This document shows, one piece after another, positions 53,607 to 64,000 of a stretch of 64,000 nt of DNA (positions within the stretch are counted from its first letter, which is position 1; each line of letters opens with the position of its first letter). This DNA comes from the human T2T-CHM13v2.0 reference genome, Homo sapiens: the NCBI RefSeq assembly GCF_009914755.1, contig NC_060934.1; one strand, written 5' to 3'. The notes beneath the pieces are model-generated. The model saw nothing but the letters and a program-made list of their open reading frames with translations. It was not told the DNA's origin and searched no databases. The translations under genes were made by a program, and so were the position numbers.

Positions 53607-54277
53607 TCACCTTCTGATCCTGGGGCCCCCTGGAAGCAGCTCCTGGTCTCAGTGGGAGTTTCTATGGGCCCTAAATTCCTCCCTTCGAGGATTCCTGCTC
53701 CCTCAAATCCTCAGAGATTCACAACTGTGTGCTTTCAGCCTCAAGCCCAGAGGGAGGAAAGGCTTTACTGAACCAAGATAGCCTGTCCATGGAAGAAAGC
53801 CTAGCAGAAACTGACCTTGGACAACAATTTTGGTGGAAAGGGGTTAATTGGGGACCACTAAATGCTAATACTCAGAAAGGCCGGGGCTGCATCTCCCATC
53901 TCTAGATTCCCAGGACCTGGCACTACCTGGCTAGTGGGAGCAGTTTATGGGGCTGTGTTTATACCTTACAGGCTCTTAATAGATGCTTGTTGATTGATGA
54001 CTGCAACTCAGCCTCCTCCAGCATTTCCTAATTAAAGCATAAGTGCAAAGAGGCACATGTACATAGGTTTGTGTACACAGTGAGCACGGTCTCTTTAGAA
54101 GGTGGGGAATAGAAGCCAGTTTAGGACAAAGCTGATTGAGCTGTGTGAGGAAGTTACCTTTCCCTGCAATTACCTCATTTCCACGATGCGTTTCTTTCTC
54201 TTTTCTCTTGATTTCTGCCTTTGCTACACTCTTTCCCGAGGGTGTGTCTACTTCTTCCAAATGTGAAAAGAAGTTCA

Positions 54278-54577
<300 letters not shown>

Positions 54578-54779
54578 GAAGTTCACTTTCATAAACCAAA
54601 GGGGAGAAAAATGATGCTGCCAGGATCCTGGTAAACTCGGGGAGGGAGTGGAGAATACAGAGCCCCACACATCGTAAAACCACAAACCTAGTAACCCTTT
54701 TAGAGTCCCAGAGCTCTCGTATTGTGTCCCCAAGCTGGGGAGAAAGACCATCAAGTGGGGAGCGATTTCTTTAACAGAT

Positions 54780-55370
54780 TTCTAAGAGCAGCGCTGAGCA
54801 AAAATTAACTCCTTCGCGGAGGCCGGATGCTGGCCTGGCGCTGGGGCAGCGCCCGGGAAGCAGGTGGCTCCAGGTGAGGGAGGCCGAGGTCCCGGGGCGC
54901 CCTTTGTTCTCCGGGTTCTGCGCAGGGAGGAGCGCATCGGGCGCCAGCGCCCCCGTGTGGCCGCGAGCACCGCGCGCGCAAAGGGGGGGCGAGCGCCGCC
55001 CGGGGCGTGGGTGACGGGGCTGGCATCAAGGTAGAGGGCGGCCGGGCAGGGAGGAGGGGCAGCCCCGCCAGCGCCGAGCCCAGCCCTGAAGTCGTTTCGG
55101 CTGTGCAGATGATGAGCGACCCAGGTCGAGGCGAATCAGGAGCCCAGGTGCTTGCCCAAGCACAGCTGGACGAAATGTCTGTTACCCCGACGGCTGGGGC
55201 GCGGGACCTTGCAGGGACGTGGTGCTGCAGCGGCCTCTGCCTGGGCCTGGCGTGCGGCTACCTCAGGCTAATTCTCCATTCGCTGCGTGGATTCGCCCCC
55301 GGGAGGCGGCCCCACGTTTCCAGCCTGTGGATCAACAAGGCGGAGAACCACCTTTGCACCCTCGCCGGGA
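54780..55370. promoter_or_regulatory. Upstream CpG-rich element with CTCF-like site
   Basis: CpG-dense non-repeat block ~10 kb upstream of the TSS; CGGCCACACGGGGGCGCTG on minus at 54945-54963 matches the CTCF consensus TGGCCACCAGGGGGCGCTA at 15/19. Confidence 0.65.
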
Positions 55371-55485
55371 AACCAGCTCCTACCTCCGGCCCCCTGTTGG
55401 GCCTTCTGGCCCTGGTGTTCTCTGGCGCTCCTCTCCCACCAAGGCCCGGCAGTCCTAGCTGTGGGCTGTCCTCTCTCTCTCTCTC

Positions 55486-55710
55486 TTTTTTTTAACCTCT
55501 ACCTCCCGGGTTCAAGCGATTCTCCTGCCTCAGCCTCCAGAGTAGCTGGGATTATAGGCATGTGCCACCATGCTTGGCTAATTTTTGTATTTTTAGTAGA
55601 AACGGGGGTTTCACCATCTTGGCCAGGCTGGCCTCGAACTCCTGACCTCGTGATGCACCCGCCTCAGTTTCCTAAAGTGCTGGGATTACAGGCCTGCGCT
55701 ACTGCACCCC
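55486..55710 (-). mobile_element. Partial AluS
   Basis: Alu consensus lacking the distal right arm. Confidence 0.85.
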
Positions 55711-57044
55711 TTGGAGCTGTCCTCTCTTGAAAGCCACCACACCTGCTTCCTTCCTAGTCTCACCACAGCTGCCCTGGAGAGGTACCTGCCAGATTTGGGG
55801 CAGCCTCCGCCTCTGGTCTCTCCCCTGCCAGTCACCCTGCCCAGAGGTGGGGACCCCTGTCCTGCCCTTTCATCAGGCCAGTGGAAGCTTTGAAGGTTCC
55901 ACATTTTCAGGAACCATGGCAACGGCCCTCTTAGCACAGAGTGGGTGCTTGGAGGCTGACGTTTATTGGGTGCATACCATGTTCCATGCAACTGGGATTA
56001 TGGCCTTTAATGGGTGATCACACTTCAATCACAAGCACCCTGTGAGGTAGCACTACTGTGACCCCCATTTTATAAATCGTGCTATGGAAACACTGAGAGC
56101 TCATCCAAGGTTACACAGTCGGGAGGGAGGGCTGACCCTGGAGCCTGTGCTATCGCTTATGCTGCCAGCGTCCCCATGACGGTGATGGGGTAGTGACTTC
56201 AGCTGATGAATGGAAACAGAGGCTAAAGGGGCTGATTCTCCTGATCTTCCCAGAGAAGTTGGCTGTCCCATCCAGATGACAATTGTCCCAGTTTTCAGAT
56301 GTTGACTCCTTTTCTAGTGGGCCTGTGGACAGCAGGCTGCACCCTCTGCTGTCCTATAGTGGCTGAGATCATGGGACCTGGAGTCCAGCTGCCTGCTCTG
56401 GGCCTTACATCTGCCCCTCCTCACCACGTTCTCATCTGTAAAATGAAGTCATGCTAATACCCGCTTCACACAATCTGCGCAGATTGAATGGAATACTTCA
56501 GGTGAAGTGCTGAGTGCATGGTGAATGATCAATACTTGTCAGCTGGTACTAGTATTTCCAGACCAGAGGCATCCAGACCTCCCTCTGCAGCTCTGTCTAA
56601 CCCTATCCTACCCCTGACCTTATTACTTGCTACTTCTCTTTGCTGTGTGACCTGGGGTAGGTTACTCGGCTTTTATGAGCTTCTGTGGCCTTATTTGTAG
56701 GCTGTGAATATTAGCGGTAATCATCTTCAAAATTCACCCATAATGGTATTGATTTCAGTAGCAGCTTAGGCTGTCCAGGGCAGGGGACTTGCTCACATTC
56801 TTCTAAAGTTCTTCTTAGCATCACGTAGAAATTCATTCCAGTGTTGACTCATGACGGTCAGCAAATTCTTCACCTTATCCAACTGAGTTATCTTTTGCTT
56901 TAAATTTCTATTTAAAGAAATCCTCTGTATACGAGGAAAGGATCCATTTGTTTTCTTTGTAAAACTCCTCTGTGTGCTTCAAGCAAGCATTAAGATAATG
57001 GTTACCCTCATCTCCTCTGAATCAGATAAGACATGACTTCAGAG

Positions 57045-57235
57045 CACTGCCGAATTGAGCCGATAAAAGTACAGGACACCCAGTTAAACTTGAATTTCAG
57101 ATGAAAAACAAATAATTGTTTTTAGTATAAATAGGTCCCCACTATCGCATGAACAAATAGTGCATGGGACATACATCTATGAAGATAGTCATTGTGTATT
57201 TGAAATCCAGATGTAACCAAGTATGCTGTATTGCA
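57045..57235. mobile_element. MER53-like palindromic hAT MITE
   Basis: tacaggacacccagttaaacttgaatttcagat...tttagtataa...tgcatgggacatac...tgaaatcca. Confidence 0.75.
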
Positions 57236-57927
57236 TATGGCAATGCTGTGCTGGCTAGAAGCCACACCCACAGGTTGACTAGTCCGGGCAAGTCCAAGGG
57301 AAACAATCATTCTTCCAGGAAATCATTGAGAACTAACACCCTTCTCCTTCCCGCCTGTCTATGCCCAAAAACCCCTTTTAGTATTGGGAGGCGCGCCTGA
57401 CCAGAAATTCTGTCATGTTTTCCTTGGGGTTGGTTTCCAGAGCCACTGTTGTGGCAGCTTGGGCCTGTTTCATAGTGATCAATTTATGTATTGACAGAGC
57501 TATTGAATATTTGGTGATAACTGTAATCATCTGTTCTAAGTCTGCGTTTCCTCCTGAATGAAGTAATAACCCCTGGTGTTTAGTCTGCACTATTGGGAGT
57601 GATGTATAACACTGTTGGGATGTCAAGTGTATATGACATGTGCAGCTGTGGTCACTTCCCTGGACGGAGTCTTGCTACATGTGGAGCGTCATTTACGCCG
57701 CCAAACAGGGCTGCCTGGAGCTAGACAGAGCCAGACAGAGCCACCATCCATTTTCCAGAGCCCAGAAACCGTGTCACCAGGGAATGATACGACATCGGCC
57801 TTCCTGCCCAGGGCTGCTGTGAGGATCTAGGAGAGACTGCCAGCAAAGCCTGAGACGGCCACTGTGTTTCTTCCCCTGCTCTGTCATCCAGTGGGAGCTG
57901 GTGGGTGAAATAGAGCCCCTTATCTAA

Positions 57928-58573
<646 letters not shown>

Positions 58574-58897
58574 TAACCAGCAATTCCTCAGTATCAGCTG
58601 TCTGCCATGGGCACCACCCCTGTGCCAACCGAGAGATCACAGATCTCCCTGGCATCCCTCCTTTCCCCTCTGCCAGCTCCCTGTCATGTCACTCTCCTAT
58701 TTGGACTCAGTTTACCCATCGTCCAAATTTGCCACAAATTCCTTCAGCTTCAGAGAAGTAAGCCACATGGATGTTGGTTTCCCTCAAACTTGGATTCCCA
58801 CAGCAGCTTCTCCCCTGCCCAGTTCTCAGAACATGGGCAAGGTTGCCAAACCTCGGTGCCCGGGTCTCAGTTGCTGCATCTGTTTTATAGGTGGCAT

Positions 58898-59432
58898 ATT
58901 TGTTCTCTATCACTGCTATAAGAAATTACCACACATTTAAGGGCTTAAAGAACAACACAAATGTATTATCTCGCAGCTCTGTAGGTCAGAGGTCTGGATG
59001 GAGGTGGCTGAAATCAGGGTGTCGGCAGAGCGTCGTTCCTCACTGGAGGCTGTGCGGAAGACTCTGCCTCCAAAGTCATTCACGATGTTGCCAGGATTCA
59101 GGTCCTGTGCAGTGAGCTCAGGTCTTGTTTCCTTCCTGGTGGTCAGTGGTGGGTTGGCGGGGTGCTTGCTCAGCTCCCCCACTCCATTTTCAAAGCCAGT
59201 AAGGACACATCACATCCCTCTCACTCTCTGAATCTCTCTCCTTCCTCTACCCCATCTCTTCTGCCTCTAGCCAGAGAACGTTCTCCGCTTTTAAGGGCTT
59301 ATGTGATTAGACTGGGCCCACCTTAATCATCTCCCTATTTTAAAATAACTTCAATTCCATCTGCTAAGTCCCTTTTACTCAATTCTGGGGTAGAGGGCAT
59401 GGATGTCTTTGGAGGGGGTGTTATTCTGCCTC
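58898..59432 (-). mobile_element. MaLR LTR (MLT1-type)
   Basis: aaattaccaca...ggcttaaa...tattatctc.cagctctgtaggtcaga...gctgaaatcagggtgtcggcag...gattagactgggcccacc. Confidence 0.75.
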
Positions 59433-59640
59433 CTGCAGCTGGGGAAGGATGTTATAGGGTAAAACAAGGTGTGTCCATTTCCCAAAAGGACACAAACCTG
59501 GTGGCTTAAAACCACAGGGATTTATTGTCTCACCGTTCTGGAGGCTAGAAGCCCCAAATCGAGTTGTCCATGGGGCTGTGCTCCCTCTGAAGCCTTAGCA
59601 AAGAATCCTTTCTCTCCTCCTGCAGCTCCTGGTGACTGCA

Positions 59641-59870
59641 GCCCTCTCTGGCCCTCCCTGGCGCTCCCTGGCCCTGCTTGGTGCTCTTTGGTGCTCCCTG
59701 GCCCTCCCTGGCACTCCCTGGTGCTCCCTGGCCATCCCTGGCCCTCCCTGGTGCTCCCTGGCCCTCCCTGATGCTCCCTGGCCCTCCCTGGCGCTCCCTG
59801 GCCCTCCCTGGCCCTTCCTGGCGCTCCCTGGCCCTCCCTGGCACTCCCTGGCACTCCCTGGCGTTCCTGG
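59641..59870. repeat. 10-bp minisatellite (GYVCTCCCTG), ~23 units, inside an MLT1 LTR
   Basis: Exact 10-bp periodicity of gccctccctg/gcgctccctg/gtgctccctg/gcactccctg. Confidence 0.95.
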
Positions 59871-60027
59871 CTTGCTGCTGCAGCACTTCAGTGGCTTCAG
59901 TCACACTGCGTTCTCCCTGTGCGTCTAAGTCCACACCTTTCTCTTGATATAAGGACACCAGTCATATTGAATTAGAGCCCACCCTAATGACCTCATCTTA
60001 ACTTGAGGACATTTGCAAAGATCTTAC

Positions 60028-60306
60028 TTCTTTTTCTTTTTTTTATTTTCTTTTTTTGAGATGAAGTCTCGCTCTGTCACCCAGGCTGGAGTACAGTGGC
60101 GTGATCTCAGCTGCAACCTCCGCCTCCTGGGTTCATGCGATTCTCCTGCCTCAGTCTCCTGAGTAGCTGGATTACAGGCATGTGTCACCACACCTGGCTA
60201 CTTTTTTTTCTGTATTTTTAGTAGAGACAGGGTTTTACCATGTTGGCCAGGCTGGCCTTGAACTCCTGATCTCAAATGATCCACTCGCCTCACCTTGGTC
60301 TCAAAG
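60028..60306 (-). mobile_element. AluS (truncated)
   Basis: Alu consensus. Confidence 0.85.
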
Positions 60307-60317
60307 TAAGTCAAAGG

Positions 60318-60660
<343 letters not shown>

Positions 60661-62989
60661 CAAAGATCTTATTTCTAAATAAGGTTACATCCATAGATAA
60701 GAGGAGTTAGAATGATCACCTGTATATTTTTTTGGCAGGAGAGGAGGACGGTCACAATTGAACCCAAAGCACAGGTAACGCTGGAGAAGCAGTTAGCACA
60801 AGGCCTGACCTCTGGCCCACTTAATCTACAGTAGCAGTTGGCAATGCGCAAGTCAAGTCTCTGATGCTGTCTGGGTCCCTGTGGGTATGGACTGGGACAG
60901 CAAGTGAATGTGTGATGACAGCTTGAGAAAGCAGGCCTCCTCCCAGCCTCCTTCCTGACTGCCCCTCCTATCTCATGCTCAGCTTCCCTTCCACACCTCT
61001 ACTCAGCCTGGCCCCCAGCCTGCAGTGCCCGTTCCCTTTTCCCAGCCAATCCAAATCTGCATCCTGGCCATCCTTCAAGTCCCACCTGCTCTGGGAGAGG
61101 CCGCCCTCACGTGCTGCACCCATCGGCAAGGTAGGTGATTAAAGATAGGAATGGACTGTACTGCTCAGCTGGCTGGAAACAGAGCCTGTCTATGAGGAAA
61201 TGCAGAAGGAAGACTCAACTCTGTCAGAGAGAAAGGAAGATAAAGCAAGGTGCTGACTCAGTGGCTGAAAGGTTCGGAAGAAGAGCAATTTTCAGGCAAA
61301 AAATTGCACCCCCTGCCTATCTTGGTCCAATAACAATCCTTCTTGTAAACATGAACTGCTCTTCCTAGAAAGAACAACAATAACATCCAAGCACTCTTGC
61401 CAAGTTGGCCTTCCAGGGGCCATAATTCTTTGGGATCTGCGTGACATACAAGCCCCTAGGTACTGGCAGCTTACCACCCTTGCGCATTTACTATGTGGGG
61501 GCCTGCCTTATAATGAGGAGGAGGAGAGATTTGATAGATTCCATCAGCAGTCCAGAAATCTCACTGTTTTTTTTTTGTTTTGTTTTGTTTTGTTTTGCAC
61601 CTCCACATTTAATAAATGCGAACACGTGCAGACACAGAGCAGTCCCCAGCCGCAAGCAGAGTTCAGTGGAGAGTGAGGGCCTCAGCCGTCATTCCGTCGG
61701 ATGCCTTCCAAACACTTCAGCATCCTGACCTCTCCTCGTTTCCGGAAAAATCCTTAAGCTCACTTCCCCAGGCCAGATGGGAACAGAGCTGGGAGGATGA
61801 GGGACAGCTGTTGCTGCAGGGGGAATGGAAGAGACAGGCAGGCTCGTTTTGGGCTGAAAGATGTCCCTAAGGGAAATCATCCTCCGTCGCAGGACACTGC
61901 CCCCCCCCCGAGGCTCTCACCCTGGTGGGGAGGGTCTCCCAGAGGCTGGTCTGATTATCCTGGCATCATCAGAGTGTAACCCAAGGCCTGGAAAAGACCA
62001 ATAACTGTTTATTACATGAATACATAAATGGAAACCTGGACGTGAATTGAGGCCACCAGAGAAGATTCTGGAAGCCACCACCACTTGCAGTCGAGGCTTG
62101 GTCTCAACCTCACCCTGGTCCCAGAAGGAGGCTGTTCACCTCCCACAGGCTCAGCCCAGGCCCCACTAAGGGAAGAGTATGTGATTAAATGGGGCCACCT
62201 TTGGGCTCAGAGCGCGGCCCGCAGGTCAGAGCTGAGAGCCAACACCACATGGGGCAGGAAGGCTGTTGCAGCTGTTTATGTAATGTGTATCTAGAGGATA
62301 AATAAACTTCATTTTCCAGGGCTGCCAATCTCTAAACATGCCGAAATATACATTCGCTCAGAAACTTTAAAAAAAATAAACAAATGTGGTGGTGTTTGAC
62401 CGAATCTTCCTAGCCTCACAGCCCTGGTCCTGACGACTCACCGTTCAGCTGGTTAATAAACCTCGTTTATGGATCCCCACCTATGGGCCTGCGTGTAAAA
62501 GTTCTGCTCCGAGGAATGTTCTCTGTTAGGATGTGGGGGAGGGAGAGTCCAAGCAGCAGATCCTTCTAGTACAGTCGCCAGCAGAACCCAGGAGGCCCAC
62601 GGTGCAAGCCACGTACATGATCATCTTCAACTGATCCCGGAGGCGGCCACAAGCACCTGCCAGGTGCAGCCCAGCCAAGAGCAAGTGAGGTTAGGTGAGC
62701 CAGGTGAGAGGCGACCTGAGACATTTAAGTAGGGATTACCTCTTAATTGTGACTCTGAGGCACCTTAGATGGGCAAACATCTGCCACATCCCATGCCTAC
62801 GTCCCCTTGTGGGGCATGCAGACAGATCAGGAGAAAATTCGGTTCTGGGCTTCACCCCTTCTCAAGCTGAGGCTGGCAGAAGGTACCAGGGGCTTCATCA
62901 CCTCCTCCATTCATCTGCGCCATCATGAAGGGCATTTATGCATGTGCTTTTGGTCCACAAAGAGGGGCCTCGTGAAGCCCTCTAAGGCT

Positions 62990-63135
62990 TCATCAATTCA
63001 TTAATTCATTCATTAATTCATGTATTCATTAACTGGTAGCGCATTTGGAGCTGGGTCCTGCTTTGAGTGCTCATTGGCCACACAACGGCGAGTGAGACAG
63101 TGGCTGCCTTCAAGCGTCTTATAGTCCAGGGGACA
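62990..63135 (-). mobile_element. L2 3' fragment
   Basis: (TTCA)n-like tail followed by ...ctgccttcaagcgtcttatagtccagggg. Confidence 0.55.
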
Positions 63136-63307
63136 CAGAGGCCAGGTTTTGGGAAACAGACACCCAGAGATGTCTTGGGGATTTGGCCAAGGCCTCCTCT
63201 ACTAAGTAACAGAAAGGGACCCAGAGGTGGGTCTGATTCATTGCTGGAAGGTCTTTCTACCATTCAGTGGGTTGCTTTAACCTCGAGTTAAGGGTTTTGT
63301 GCTTGGA

Positions 63308-63390
63308 AAAGGAGAAGGAGGAAGGGAGGGAGGAAGAGTGAAAGAGGAGAGGGGAGAGGAAGAGAGAGGAGGAGGGAGAGCGGGGGAGGG
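63308..63390. repeat. GA-rich purine tract
   Basis: Near-pure A/G run. Confidence 0.75.
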
Positions 63391-64000
63391 TGTCCGAATG
63401 GCCATCCTAGTTCATGGGCTTGTCCAGCAGCAGTGACAGGACTCCAAAGTCAGGAATCACTGTCCCCTTTGTCAGGCGTCTGAGTGACTGCCATGGTGTC
63501 AGCACCTCCCAGCACCGAGGTGACAGCCTGGCTCCCACAGACAAACCAACCACTGTGCGGCTGCTCAGAAAACCAGAGAGCAGCTCCAGTCCCGGAAGAA
63601 AAACTGGTGGTGCAGGGCTTATGGGAAACAGCACATAGTCTCCAAGCATCTCTCCAGAGAGTTCCAAGGGGAATTCTGACTAAACAAGGTTTTCGCCTTC
63701 AGTACTAACCTTAGACCCTAACCCCTCCCCACAACAGCTCAGGCAGAAGGGGCCACCATGCCCCCAACACCCCAAAAGAGGTCTGGGCCTGTCACAGCTC
63801 TCACGTGAACACAGCCAGAAACACTCAGAGGAAACGAATAAATTGCTGTGGCGGATGACACAGAGGTGCCCAGATCCTCCCTCGGGGCTGAGCCACTGCC
63901 GTGAGAGTTGGCAGCGACTCTCTGCCCAGTCCCTTGTGGGGAATTGCCCTGTGTGGAAGAGACGCCCCTCCCTCCCCAACTTGTTTTAGGGTGACCAACT

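Noticed and set aside
55007-55495. 162-aa ORF in the upstream CpG-rich element
   Set aside because: Non-ATG start, GC-driven, ends in a CT microsatellite/Alu, no recognisable homology; BLASTP/PhyloCSF/Ribo-seq would be needed to reopen it
59469-59958. Collagen-like or repetitive ORFs (GPPW.../GAPGRAREGQ)
   Set aside because: Translations of the 10-bp minisatellite

Overview
Human genomic DNA containing the 5' part of FGFR2 (chr10q26) on the minus strand, plus ~19 kb of upstream flank. Supported from the sequence: a CpG-island, TATA-less promoter (~43.2-44.9 kb); non-coding exon 1 (~44614-44118); a probable alternative first exon in intron 1 (~42801-42633); exon 2 (40123-39865, ATG at 39973, signal peptide [21 protein letters not shown]); a 28,152-bp intron 2; exon 3 (11712-11446, Ig-like domain I); exon 4 (10587-10510, acid box); and intron 4, which runs off the left edge. 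All junctions are GT-AG and keep the reading frame. The rest is typical primate interspersed repeat (~35 Alus, L1, L2, MIR, hAT/Tigger MERs, MaLR LTRs) and microsatellites. No prokaryote-type system or new protein-coding gene is supportable, and almost all ORF-track entries are repeat or GC artefacts. The best leads are regulatory: (1) a 20-unit, 40-bp G4-prone VNTR inside the intron-2 breast-cancer risk block that appears longer than in the reference; (2) the RUNX/FOX/OCT enhancer carrying what I recall as the risk alleles; (3) small tandem duplications that double FOX/ETS, SOX or nuclear-receptor motifs; (4) a dense uORF cluster and an in-frame N-terminal extension in exon 2; (5) an upstream CpG-rich element with a CTCF-like site; (6) a 10-bp minisatellite born inside an MLT1 LTR. 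rsIDs, RefSeq boundaries and reference distances are recalled from memory and need database confirmation.
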